A stretch of DNA of 64,000 nucleotides from Rhynchopus sp. YZ270_cl-10. Taxonomy: Eukaryota. The stretch spans positions 558,001 through 622,000 of the forward strand of contig OZ037834.1 of the NCBI GenBank assembly GCA_964035575.1. Direction: 5' to 3'. The notes under the pieces are model-generated. The model made no database searches and was not told the DNA's origin. It was given only the letters and a program-made list of their open reading frames with translations. Within the stretch, counting starts at the first letter, position 1. Each line of letters begins with the position of its first letter. This document shows positions 36,109 through 48,846 of the stretch, one piece after another. The translations under genes were made by a program, and so were the position numbers.

Positions 36109-38198
36109 ATGGGATGTGGCGGGAGTGCGGCGAAGGGTACTGAGAGACAGGCCGCACAAAGCAAATATGGGGAGGCCAAGGATGAGCCGCAGGCAAAGGG
36201 GAAGCCCGCTCCTGAAGATCGAAAGGCAGACCCTGTCAAGCCGCCGGTGAAGCGAGAGCCCCCAGCAGAGGCGCCGTCGACAGCGAGAGCGACAAATGAC
36301 GCGTCAGAAACAAATCAGCCTGCGGAAGAGTTGAAAGAGCCCCCAGCAGTGGAAGCAGCCGCAACACCCGCAAAGACAGTGCAAAAGGAGAAGGATGTGG
36401 AAAAAGACGTCGAAAAAACGCCCGAGCCAGCAAAGCCAGCTCGGGAAGTGGAGGCGGAGGTGGCAGCAAGCGACGCAGCAGCGCCAGGAGGTGCGGACTC
36501 AATGTGTGGGGTGTCGCAGATTACCTCCACTCCACAGCAGTCGACAGCGGGGACGGAGGTGGTTGGTATGAGAAAATTTTTTTTTGGCCTCAACTCAAAT
36601 TTTCCTCTTCACGGCGGGAGCATGTTGCAGTAAGAATCAAGCATTAGACAAATAGAACTGGAAAACGACGGATGCCCGCTTTTAGCAGGATTTGGTTTTT
36701 TTTCCTCCACTATCATACACCTCACTGTTTTTGGATACAACCTTTAATAATTTTATTTGAAAAACTTCGTTGTTTTAGTGTAAGACACCCGAAGATGAAC
36801 TCCACTACACACTCTTCACTCATTCTAAACACCACGCCAAATCTCTCTTTTGCCACTCAAATCTTCAAACCACCCGAATCCCACAGACGAAGAAGACCCC
36901 GACGAGATCATCATGCGAGCACTCCAAAAGCTCCGCGATGTCGCTCTCGCAGACGCAAAGAGAATAGGCTACTCAGAAGTCAAGGTGGCAGGTGTCTCCA
37001 TCCGCAGTATCGGCAACAGCGTTGAGCTCTCCCCCAAGGACCTCCAGCGTGTCCGCCGCTGGTGTGACTTTGTTGCTCCGTTTGACCCCATCCCTGCAGG
37101 GCCTGAGACCCAAGATGGGGGGCGGGCACCAAGGGAAAATACGCTTCGGGTAAACCAAGAGCTGCTGGACACATTCGAAAGGGATCAGGCACGAAGGCAC
37201 CATAGTCCAAGACTAAGCAGCTCGCGTGAGGTTCCTAGTAGAGGGGACGGGGGTGGGCCGGTCCTCGCAAGCAGCAGCAACAACCACTCCAGCCCGGCGC
37301 AGAAGCGGAAGGAGTCCGGTGGGCAGCAGGGTGGTGGGGGGAACACGGCAGCCTCGCCGAATCCGTCGTCATCGCAGCAGGGGCCGTCAGGGTCTGCACG
37401 CAAGCAGGATATGGAGAGAAGTCATTATGGACCAGAACCCCCATCCTCTCCACAGCACCATGTATGTTTCAGGTTTTTTTTTTTGATGAGAAATATTTGC
37501 ATAGGGTACAAAAAAAAACGCTCCCATGGGCGCGGTTTCCAGGGTCTCTTTGCCTCCGATCATTTTAGCTTCCGATATTGTGTTTTACGTTCCTCAAAAT
37601 CTCCTCTCTCTCTCTACCCCCTCCCCCTCCCCCTTCGCAGGAAGAATCCCCCCTCGCGAAAGACTCTCAGAGAAAGGAAGATAAGTACGACACCCCTGCC
37701 GAAAAGCCTGCAAGACCTCCGTCGCAGGCACGCGACGAGCCGCCTCAACAGCCACCACCCGCACCGCCCCTTGGCTTTGCCGACAGCAGCCCTCCCGACG
37801 CCTCCGCAAAGGAGGACACACGAGGCAACGGCGGCGACGCGTCAGCAGCACCTCACGAAGAAAGCCCTGCTACCACCCCACCCGCCGAGCGCGAAGAACA
37901 ACCAGAAGCAGACGCAACCATGCAACGAGCGGAGAAGCCTTCAAAACCTGAGGAAAAGGAGGAGGAGGAGGAAGGGGAGGAGGGGGACAAAGAAGCTACT
38001 AACAGCCCGCCTAAATCTCCAGAGTTACCTCCAAAAATGCCGTCAGAAGAGGCCAAGGAGGAGCAAAGAGAGACGCAAGATGAAGAGGAAGAGGAAGAAC
38101 GAAAAGCGAAGCGAGCAGAGGATCGGCAGCAGCAGGAAAAGGAGGAGGAGTCTGCAGCTGCAGCAGCTGCAGCTGCAGCAGCGGAAAAGGAAGAATAG
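36109..38198 (+). CDS. Low-complexity protein with predicted N-myristoylation/palmitoylation (MGCGGS); exons 36109-36565, 36887-37461, 37641-38198
   Basis: Two GT-AG introns restore one frame; P/E/A/K-rich with one ordered-looking segment (EIIMRAL...RVRRWCDFV). Confidence 0.75.
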
Positions 38199-39137
38199 AA
38201 TAGGATGTCGTGGTGAATCCATTCCTATTTCCTAATCCAAGGTTATTTTCTTTTTTTTTTTTGGTTTCTTCTTCCCAAAAAAGTGATATACCCATCTGTG
38301 ATATCAAGTTATGTGTGTCTGTGTGTATCTACACCAAATAGTATACGAAAAAAAAGGGGGTGGCGGGTGGGGGGTAAAAAAGAGTTCTCAGAAAGAAATA
38401 GAAAACAAAAGGGGTGAGATAACGAAAAAAAATTTTTGGGGGGTTTTTTTTTGGGGGTGAATTTGGAAAAAAAGGACTTTCCTTTTGGGAGGAAAGGGGT
38501 GAGAAAAGATGGGGGTTTTTTTTTGTTTTGTTTTGTGAAGAAAGCTTGCTTTGGTGGAATACAAAGAAAAACTCAGGTTTCAAAAAAAAAAATACAAAAA
38601 GTACAGAAACGAATAGAGAATCCTTGATCGGAAAAAAGAAGAAAAAAAAAAAAAAACCCCAGCGTTTTGAAGTGCAGTAAGTACCTTGGTTGTATGTACA
38701 CTAATACAACCAAGATATAATAAAAAGAAAACAGTGCAAAGGCTTCGGCCGACATTGAGTTCACTTCTTTCTCCGAATAGTGTGAAATGGGAACCCGCCA
38801 CTAAGAGTGGTGGTGTGAACAGTGCTTTGGGAATTACTATAATATTTGAAAAAAAAATGTTCACTTTTTTTTTTTTTGAAAAAAAAAAAAAAAATGGAGA
38901 CAGCAGGAAACAAAAAACTGCAAAAAGAAAACATGAAAGAAGAAAACTGAGGCATGTGCCCAACCCAAAGAGAAAAGAAAAATCCCAAGGAAAATAACGA
39001 AAACAAAAACAAAAATTGCGCAATTTGAATGAGAAAAAGCAAGAAATATGGAGCGAGTATTTTTCTTGGTATTTTCTTTCCCACAAAAGAAAAATGTCAT
39101 TCATGGAAAAAAAAAAAAAAAGAAATTATGTGAATGT

Positions 39138-39215
39138 TGGTGTGGCTAACTCAAAAATTTAGACCCTTTTGGGCCATTTATTGGGCCATCCAAAAACCCT
39201 GAATTTGTCACACCA
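39138..39215. mobile_element. Third TGGTG...CACCA mini-element with 5-bp TSD
   Basis: TGGTGTGGC / GTCACACCA; AATGT at 39133-39137 and 39216-39220; interior unrelated to families D and E. Confidence 0.8.
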
Positions 39216-40671
39216 AATGTTGTAAAATTCACTTTTTTCTTTTTCTTTTTCTTTTTCCGAGAATTGATTTTTTTGTTTGGATGAACGGCATCTCTGTGTG
39301 ACTTCGGAGTCCAATTTCTGCCAGATTTTTTTTTGTGTTAAGCATTGACGAATATAAATGGAAAACGACGGATGGTGCATACCCGCTTTAGCGTATTGGT
39401 TTTCCCACTAACATACACCTTACATTCATCAGTGAAAAAACACAAACCTTTTGCGGGTGCGATAAACGAAAAAAAAAAGTGTCTTCTTTTATTTCATTTT
39501 AACTGTCATATCCTGAAGTCGTTTTCTATTTTCCTTCAAGTAGTCCGGGTATTGTACTTTCGCACTTTTTTTCTTCTGAGATCGAGGATATTAGAAAGAT
39601 GGGGACATTTCTTTTGTTGTTCCCTACACCTATGCTATCAATTGAATGCATATGTTGAAAAACAATTTTTCTATACCTGTACTTTCAAATCACTGAACGT
39701 ATATGTTACGCTATTCTTCCTTTTTTTTGCTATATAGTTGGATGAGTGCAGTTGCCTCAGTAGTGTTGCCACAAGTTGTGCAATCTCCACTTACCCCTTC
39801 CCCTTTTTTTTCTGGTTGGGGTCCACCCCCGGTACAGCCGGTATACCAATTTTTGCGTTAATGGGGGAGGGTGCATACTGCGCTCAAAACAAATACTGGA
39901 AGAACGGAAAAATAAAAAGGGGAGAAAAAAAAACCAAACAGAAATTCATTTTTTTGCTGTATTCAGGAAAGAACCAACAATTTTCTCTATTTTTGTTGAT
40001 TTACCTTTTTGTGTTTTTGTGTTTTTTGTTTTTTCTCCCCCTTTGTCTGGTAGTACCTTACCTTTGTTATTTGGTCATTTGGTGGTGTTGTTGTTCTCCA
40101 ACAACGATGCACAACCTCCCCCCGTTTTCGTCATTGATGTCAAAAAATCTAAGAAAATGTATTTTTCAACTTTTTGAAAGTTACACCCACCCCCGGCCTA
40201 TTCTTCCCTTTAGAACGAAACAATACAAAAAAAAAAGGCCAGATCTGAACAAAAAAAAGAAAAAAAATCCCAATATTTTTCGAATGTGCACCAACAGAGC
40301 TGTTTTTACTTTAGGTTTTTCCCCTTATCCCTCTTTTGTTTTGTTTTGTTCGCTGATATGCAAATGCTGTAATAGTTTCGATAAAGGGTGCAGAGGTGTC
40401 AGCGTGTTGTCCACAATGGTACCGTTTTTTTATATTTCTCCGTCGATCAAAAGCTGGATCACAATGTGTGTGTTACAGAAGAGGGACAAATGTCGAAAAG
40501 GGGTATTTCCCCCCCCTCGACATATGGAAAAGGGCAACGTTGTACGATGCACTGTGAAGGGGGCATCTTTAAACCCTTGTTCACATCTGTCGAAACAAAA
40601 AAAAAAAGGGGGGAGGAGGAGGGGCAAACAACGTTTTGCACAGCAAGAAGACAACACACACATACACACAT

Positions 40672-40723
40672 ACACATGTTCACATGTTCACATGTTCACA
40701 TGTTCACATGTTCACATGTTCAC
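40672..40723. repeat. (CACATGTT)n 8-bp tandem repeat
   Basis: Read directly. Confidence 0.9.
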
Positions 40724-40849
40724 AATCCGCTCGCTCGTTCGCTCTCTTCTCTGTTTTTTTCTCTTCCTCTTTCAATTTTATAAAGTAAAAAAAAAAAATA
40801 GTTTGGGTACATTTAGTGCACCCTATTATACCTTCTATTCAGTAGAAAT

Positions 40850-40991
40850 TGGTGTGGCTGAAAGGGGGTGCTACTTTCTGCTATTTTCTGCTATTCTGGG
40901 CATCTGGATTTTTTGGTGTGGCTGAAAGGGAGGTGCTATTTTGTGCTACTTTCTGCTATTTTCTGCTATTTTGGGGTCGTCAGCCACACCA
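40850..40991. mobile_element. Family D MITE, head-to-tail dimer form
   Basis: Two TGGTGTGGCTGAAAG starts and one GCCACACCA end; interrupts the repeat TTCAGTAGAATAGTTAGTATATGAA, which is intact at ~24320 and ~42659; AGAAT apparently duplicated (left copy reads AGAAAT). Confidence 0.85.
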
Positions 40992-43132
40992 AGAATAGTT
41001 AGTATATGAAACAATTCTTTCTTCTCTTCCGACTTCTCTCTTTTTTGTGTGGGTGTCAGTTCAGGTGTCACGTCGCCCTAATGAGTTATTGCCTTTCCCC
41101 CCCCCCCAACCCTTCTGATATGTGTGCACACGCGAGGTCCGTTCATGTTGTTTTGTTCTTTCAGACTTTTTTTACTTATTTTTCTCAAAAAAAAGGATTT
41201 AGAAAAAAGATGATTTAGCACGGGGTTCATCTATTCTTTTCCATTTTGTACATGTCCCTTGCATCAATTAAAAAAAAAAATAGTATAGTGAAGTGCATCA
41301 TCAGGTGACTACACTAATACAACCAAGTTTTCAAAAAAAAAAAAACCCCCTGAGTGATTTGTCAATAAAACAAAATATAAAAAAAAAACGTGTGGAGCTC
41401 ATCCTCGGGGTGTCCACACTACAATACAATTAGTTTTCAAAAAGCAAAACCAACAACAACAACAACAACAAACAATAGCCCCCTTTTCAAGAAGACTATC
41501 GTTTTTGCAGTTAGCACCAAACTGAAATGCTTTTTCCGGCAAAAAAAAAAAAAAAGCAAACGCCAAAGCAATACAGAGATAACCAACCAGTTTTTTTTTT
41601 TTTTTGTTTTGTTTGTTTTTTTTTATTATTACTGTTTTCAAGAGGGGGTAGGACAGGAAGAAGGAGTCTTCCTTGCCTCCCCCTCGTTCCCCCACCCACC
41701 CTCCTTCTCCGCTCACACTTCTTCTTCGAACATGTCAATACGTCCCTCATTTGTGTTTTCTCTTTGTTATCCACTCACACACCGACCCCCTCTTCCCCCC
41801 CTTTTTGTTTTAACTATGTCCGTCGTTATTGAAGTTATTCATTTCTTTGTGGGATTTGGGATTTTGGGGCTAGGGAGGCAGGGGAGGGGATAATGGTGAC
41901 AGTATTGTGGGAGCCCATTGGAATACGCAAAAAAAAATACATCAAAATACATGTATTGTGATGTATTTTTTGCGTATTCCAATGGGCTTCCCATCACAAT
42001 ACTGTCACTATTATGAGGGGGGGTGAATGGTACGTAATGACCACACCCCGGGAGATGTGCTAAAACAGCATGCTTCTTTTGCATGTTTACAGAAGAACTG
42101 CATTTATCATATTTTATCATTTTATTATACAAAATGCAATGGGACCGAATCGGCCTCGCTAAGGCCGGCTTAGCCACGGCTCAGATAGATTTTCCAGACA
42201 TGCCTATTTTCAGGCGTAGTCGGGCCCTCGCATTGCATTGTAAGTCCTATAACATGATTTTTTTTTTTTTTTTTTTGCATGGATTTTTTTAAAACACAGC
42301 TTTCCTCGTTGTTGTGCTATTTTATTGTGGGCGTAAGCTCACAACTCTACAGAGATGGGCCACCGGCTGAGCGGTTCTGTACTGCCCTCGTTCTCTTACG
42401 GTACGGGCAAAGTCATTAGGTTTCCTTTTGTTGATAAAACAACTTGATGTCAATTCTAAAAAGATTGGAGGCAGCGCTGCAGGGCAAACAAAACGGATTG
42501 AAAAAAAAAACAGAAGCTTGCTTGTTTTTCTTTGAGTACTCAATTAACCACAACAACCGTACTTCAGTTTAACACATTTTTTCACCTTTTTGTTTTCCCG
42601 GCTTTGAGCGCACAAACGAAAGACCCGATCTTTTTACATATTCTGTTTGTACCATCTATTCAGTAGAATAGTTAGTATATGAAACATCTTCTGTTGCAGG
42701 CTGCAGGGGGTACTTTTGTGCTTTCATCCGGATGGCATCGTAGGTGGGTCAGTTGGAATGCCTGCATCAATAACTACAGTTTTATATGGGCCAACGCCTT
42801 AGCAGAAAAGAAACCCGTTTGATGAGTTTTTGAGGGACGATTTGTTTTTCTCTGTCTCTTTTTTTTTTTTTCCTTCTCGGCGATACGTTCTCTGCCACAC
42901 TCTTATGGGATAAAGGGGGGGTTTTTTTTTTGCCCATCTGGGAATGATGGGTACTGTGGGTAACATTATTTATTTGTGGGTGTTTTTTTTTTGTATTTTT
43001 CTTTCTATTTTTCTGTGTTCTTGACATGGAGTGCTTGCTTTCTCTGTAATTGTCGCGCCTGGGTTAAAATTGCGTTTTTGTCTCAGGTGGCAATAATTAC
43101 ACTGCGAGGGGTTAGGTACAAATGAAGAGAAC

Positions 43133-43649
43133 CATGGCTCTCGCCGGGGGGTGATCGGGTTTTAAATCACCCAAAAAAAAAAAAAAAAATCCCAGGGTTG
43201 AACCACGGGAGTACCATGGGGAACTGGGTTGCTGACCGCATCATCCAGTCTGTACCTCAATTTTTTTTTGCCTGCGGCGCCATTTTTCCTTTTTTGCTCC
43301 GCAAAAAAGGTTTCGTTGAGTGAGTATGTGATGTAAAAGCTAGCTTTTTACACCGTACCTTAATTTTTTTTTCGCCTGCAGCGCCATTTTGTATTATTTT
43401 GTTTGCTCCGCAAAAAAAAAGCACGTACAGTTCCCTATGTTCCCAATGTCCCTGGTCAGCAGTGCTGAAAATTTTTTTGGGCATAAAAACAAGCTGACCC
43501 CAAACGAGGGGAGAAAGCGCCTCGCCTCCCTGCACTGGCAGGGAGTCGCGCGCGCGAAGCGCGCGCGCGACCGCTTTTACGGGGGAAAAGCTCGGGGACC
43601 CCAAATCACCCCCCATTTTGGCCAAAAGGGGTGATTGGCGAGAGCCCTG
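43133..43649. mobile_element. hAT-like non-autonomous element, 8-bp TSD
   Basis: CATGGCTCTCGCC / GGCGAGAGCCCTG; AAGAGAAC at 43125-43132 and 43650-43657. Confidence 0.88.
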
Positions 43650-45529
43650 AAGAGAACAAAAAAAAAAAAAAAAAAGTGGAGCTCATCCTCGGGGGTGTCC
43701 TACACTAAATACAATCAAGTTTCTGTGCGATTTTTCTTGCAATTTGGAAGTTTTTTTTTTTTTTAGAGAAAAACCAAATATTTCTGCACTAAAAAATAAC
43801 TTCATCCCCTCCCTCCCTTTCCCCCCCTCTTTTTGGTAAGGTGGTCGTGCTATTACCTTGGATTTTTATTAAGGTGGCTAAGGTGACTAAGCACAAGAGG
43901 CTTAGGATCATCTTATAAACTTTTCTTTTATTTCTCTCTGGAGCTAGATAACCCGCGGAGAACAAGTGTCCAAAGTGAGTTTGCCGATGAACGGCTCGGT
44001 GCTTGCACTTTCAACTGCTCTTGATTTTTATTTTTCACAACTCCTGACAAAAAAAAAAAAAAAAAAAATTGACCGGAAAAAATGGACTCTGGCGACTCTT
44101 TTTTTTTTTGAAAAAAAAAAAAAAAAAAAAATGGCGGCGTATTTATTGTTCTCCTCGCCCCCCTTTCCTTTTTTTAAAATGATTGTGATTAAAGGTGACT
44201 TTCTTTGAATAATGACTCAGCACAGTGAGGCGGAGATCACTTTACTTTAAAAAAAAAATTTTTTTTTGTTCGCAATGATCTTCGTTCATCTGATGAGTGG
44301 AAAGCGGGAGTAGCACAGATCAGATGTAAACCACGAAATGGATTGTAGGACTCCACCCCCCCAGTATACAAGCCGTCTACAAAAACTATCAAGCAAAATT
44401 AAACAGAGCACAAAGCACTTTCAAAACATACAAAAAAAAAAAACATTTTCAAACCCCCCAGTATACAAGTTTTCTTTTCTCCTTAAAAGACGTTATGTGG
44501 GTCTCATCAATACCTTACATAGTTTGTTTGCACTATCAACTTCACTTTTTTCCTCTCTTTTTATTCGATGTGATGTGAGGCATCTTCATCTTCAACTGTT
44601 GTACCTAATCCGAAGGCAGCCTAATCATAAAAAGAGGCCACGTGATTCGCCGAGCGGTTGTGAACCGCCTCCGTTCTCTTACGATACGGCCCACTCACGT
44701 CCCACCCTTTGCATGAGCTCATGAAATACGTTTTTTTTTTTAGCACATTTTTAGCACATTTCAACTCTTTTATCTACAGCGGTTTCAATATGATTTCTTT
44801 TTCATCTGAAGCAACCAAAAAAAAAAAAAAAACACACACACACACGGTAAAAACAAAGCAGTTTGAAGATCAGTTTTTCCCTTTGTCCCTCGGTGTCTGA
44901 TGTGTTTTCTGTGTCACCTTTCCCCTATTTGTTATCCCACTTCAATTTTTCTCCCCCTTTTTTTTCCGTTACGGTTCTGTGGTTTTTTTTTCCTTCTCTT
45001 TTTATTCACCCACCATTTCCCCCAAAACCCCTTCCCTACCAGATTTCTCGTAATTCCTCTTATCCCTTCGCAAGGAGAAAAAAAAATAGGTCTATGGGAT
45101 ATGGACCTCGTATTGTAATGCACGTTTTATTGATTCCCCCGAATGTGACTAAAAACCTGTTACGAAAAGACGAAAAGAAGGAAAAAAAACAAAAAACAAA
45201 AAAAGAGCGGCCACAACACTGCTAGGAGAGCAAGCAACGAGAGGCTTAGGTTCATCCTAAAAGGTTTTATTTTATTGCATCAGAGTGTAATACTGGGCAG
45301 TCTTTTTTTTTTACCGGAAGTAAGCGTTTAGCAAGGGTTCCCACACAACAAAAAAAATCGACTTTTTTCTTTTTATATCTTTCCTCTGTGAATAGTGGGA
45401 CCCACAAAAGAAAATGGGGTTGTGGTTGGCTGGGGGGGGGAGGAAGGTTTTTTTTTATTTACTTTTTTGTCTGGCCAGGGCCTTCAACCATCGACAAAGC
45501 CTGTCCACAGTTTTGTCGAAGTAAAAAAT

Positions 45530-45988
45530 AACTATTTATTCGAGTGAAATAAGAACTATTTTATTTCACGCGCCACTAAAAAGGTGCCCGAGTGCGTTAT
45601 TTCCCGAGCGAAGCGAGGGGAATAAGAGTCACGAGGGTGCCTTTTTAGTGGCAAGTGCAAGAAAATGTTCTTATTTCACTCAATATGTAATTTTATTCCA
45701 CAAGTGAAAAACGTATTTATGGTCGTAACTGGCCTAAACGTTGAGCCTAGCACCCACTTTTCACTTTCACGCTTTTTGGGGTAAAATTACGAACAAAAAC
45801 AGCGTGAAAAAAAAAATATTTTATTTGCAAAGGCATTTTGCAGGCAATTTTTTTTTTTTCACTCCGTGATATTTTATTTCACTCTCCGGGTTACCCTAGT
45901 GCAATTTGCGTGAAATAAAACGAATCTTATTTCACTCACTTTTTAGGCCAGTTACGACCATAAAACGTTTTTCACGCGTGGTATAAAA
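45530..45988. mobile_element. Hairpin + asymmetric inverted repeat element (A)
   Basis: Hairpin 45542-45681 centred on GCGAAGC (45608-45614); inverted repeat ~45690-45738 vs ~45942-45988. Confidence 0.7.
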
Positions 45989-47060
45989 AAAAAAAAAGAC
46001 CTCCCCGAGCCCGCGCGCGCTTCGCGCGCGCGGGTGCAGCAAATCACAGGGAGAAGCTCTCAGGGGGTTTATATAGGTTTTGGTCATTTTTGAAAACTGT
46101 CCCACACACGTGTATTTCAACACAAGCAGCATTGGTAGCTTTGTAGCCACTGGTGATCCACAAGCCGTAGTGGGTATACCTGTCTTATCAGTAAGCTCAG
46201 TACATTTATAACAACGAAAGTCCCTGGCGAAGCCACGGTACGCAACATTTCAAATATTGCGCATACCATGGCGCTTTATTTACAGCCAAACTATGTTATG
46301 GGAAGGGTGGGATGCCTGCTTGCGCCGCAGGCGCACGGTACGCTACTTTTGCCTGGCTCACTCCTCGTTGAGTTCTACGAGCTCTGTCCAAATGGTCACA
46401 GTGGATCACAGGAGAATGTTAAAGTTAAAACCCTGAACCGAGTTTCTCCCGTGGACCACCCTGTAACTCGGTCAGAGATAAAAGGATTTTGCCAAAATCC
46501 CATATTTTTTTTAGATTTGTCGAACTTCGACAAAAAAAAACCAAAATAAAAAAGTTGTCGAAGTTAAGGCTTAACTTCGACACGTTGAAGGCCCTGTGTC
46601 TGGCAGGACACGTTTCCTGTAGCTCAACCAAAAAAAAAATTAGTAGAGCACACTCTAGGGTGGCTACACTAATACAAACCAAGTTTTCAAAAAAAAAAAA
46701 GCCTAAAGTGGGTTCTAGGCAATTGTCGACACAACAACAAGTATTCAATTGTCCTATCATGAAGATTCTGTTTCCAGATGTAAACCACGGAAAATGGATC
46801 GGAATAAAGTCTTATCGTAGTGGTGGTCTCTATTGTGATAACTGCCTATCATCGCACAAGAGTACACATCACAATACAAGCTGTATTGTGATGCCTAGTG
46901 AGGGTAATTCTTGCGCAGAATATGGCCCTTTGGTGTATTGCTATGAAAATGTGTAATGTATAGTATTCGTACAAAAATTATCGACCGTAAAAAATGGTCG
47001 ACCTCAGAATTTTTCTGGAAATTCGACCCTTTTTTATGGTCGAACAATTTTTACGATTGC

Positions 47061-47356
47061 TGGTGTGGCCGACGACCCCCAAAATAGCAGAAAATAGCAC
47101 GAAATAGCACCTCCCCTTCAGCCGTACCAAAAAAATTCAGATGCCCAGAATAGCAGAAAGTAGCACAAAATAGCACAAAAATAGCACCCCCCTTTCAGCC
47201 ACACCAACCGAGGATAAGTCGTAATCTCATACAAAGTAACGCGCCCTTCCTCTCCAACTCCACGTCTACAAAACTATCAAGCAAAATTAAACAGAGCACA
47301 AAGCACTTTCAAAACATACAAAAAACATTTTCAAACACCCCCTTTCAGCCACACCA
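47061..47356. mobile_element. Family D composite element (reverse orientation) with extra cargo
   Basis: ATTGC at 47056-47060 and 47357-47361; inner end at 47206, outer end at 47356. Confidence 0.8.
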
Positions 47357-47711
47357 ATTGCGATATGTATGATGGACAGTTATCACAATACAGGCTACCA
47401 CCAGCATAACGGGTTCACCCCCCCCGGTGTCATACGGTCAGACGCTACAAGGTGGCTGTACACGAGAGTGCTGTGTGTTTGAAGAACTACGTTTTTTTTT
47501 TTTCTTTTTTGTGGGAGTTTTAGGTCCAAGCCCTCTCCCTCTCTTCCCCTCCCCCCCGTCCATCCATTTCTTTACACCCCCCTCCAAAAAAAAAAAAGGG
47601 TGATTGTGTGTGAGGAAAAATCAGTTCTGGGTAATTCTTGCGAGAAATATTGCCCCATAGTGATTGCGGTGGTCGTACGGTTTAGTTCAGTTTGGACAAA
47701 AAAAAATATAT

Positions 47712-48479
47712 ATAATTATTGGGTAATTATTACCCCATAATTACACGCAGGTGTGTTTTTTGTCACGAGTGACCTAAACCCACGAGCGAAGCGAGTGGGT
47801 TTAGGGAACAAGTGACAAAAAACACACCTAAGTGTAATTATCTGGTAATAATTTCACATAATTAGTTTTTTTTTATCGTGCAATTTTTGACGAGTGTACA
47901 AATCCGGCGAGTCCCCGTCACCCTCCAGTCACTGTATGTCGATGATGGGAGTGTGTATGTGGGGTGTATGGGAAATGTGCCGAAGTATGGATGTTGAACC
48001 GAAAAAGTGGGAGAGGGTATAATTATTTGTGATCATTCTTGGTTTGGGGTTGGGAATCACATTTCAACAAGTTGGTAACAACTGTCTATCCTTGGACGAT
48101 GCGAAGCGTGAAGTTGAGGTTTCCGGTGTGTTTTTCCGGGATTTTTTTTTTTTTGGCGGATAATCAAAAACGTGTTTGAGGGGCCTAGAACTGCTCAAAT
48201 GGGTCAAATTTTGCTTTGAATGGGCTCAAATCGTCGAAATTAACCCTTATAGGGGGGAAAAAAAAATTTGCAGAGTCCCTTTCCCTTTGGCGACTTAGGA
48301 TCACCAAAAGTGGGTTTGAGCGTGTAATTATTACCCATAATTACACGGCTGACATTTTTGGTCGCAAATCGCTAACGATTCATAATTACACGCTTGGTAA
48401 TAATTACACGCTCCCAGATTATAATTTTTGGTTCTTCCTGAAGGATTTGTACACGAGTCAAAAATTGCACGATAAAAAA
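47712..48479. mobile_element. Hairpin + asymmetric inverted repeat element (B)
   Basis: Hairpin ~47712-47864 centred on GCGAAGC (47786-47792); inverted repeat ~47870-47905 vs ~48443-48479. Confidence 0.7.
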
Positions 48480-48777
48480 TGATAAAAAAAAACAAAAAAA
48501 CAACAACAACAAAACACTATTCTACACACTTGTTCTTCCCTTACCGAACACGTCTTTTCTCCCCCTCCAGAGGCTTGGTCTTATCTTACAAAAAAACTAT
48601 TTTTTTTTTCTTCTTTTGATCGACAAGGTTTGCCAGGGAGGGTCATTATTCTTTTCTTCTTGCACTGCTGTACCCTACTTTTGCAAATAAAAATAAAAAC
48701 AAAAGATTTTTTATTCAACAAAAGAGGAGACGACGCTGAAAAACACTCTATCTTTCGATTGAAAATATTATATTAAT

Positions 48778-48846
48778 TGGTGCTTTTCGGAAGTCGGTCA
48801 ACGACCTATCAGTGACCTGACAATATCGACCCCTCCCGGAGCACCA
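48778..48846. mobile_element. Family E MITE, 5-bp TSD
   Basis: TTAAT at 48773-48777 and 48847-48851. Confidence 0.85.

Noticed and set aside
39738..40925. 395-aa ORF
   Set aside because: Runs through homopolymers, a microsatellite and a MITE; F/K-rich translation with no domain
44275..44325. Hammerhead ribozyme or C/D snoRNA (CTGATGA)
   Set aside because: No correctly placed stem II plus GAAA and no convincing D box or terminal stem
44661..44692. Group II intron domain V-like string on the minus strand
   Set aside because: Stem pairs poorly, no AGC/CGC triad or other domains; better explained as a coding relic
46040..46630. Further weak inverted repeats (~46045/46453) and TCGAAC/TTCGAC subrepeats
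   Set aside because: Probably old MITEs, but ends and TSDs could not be fixed reliably
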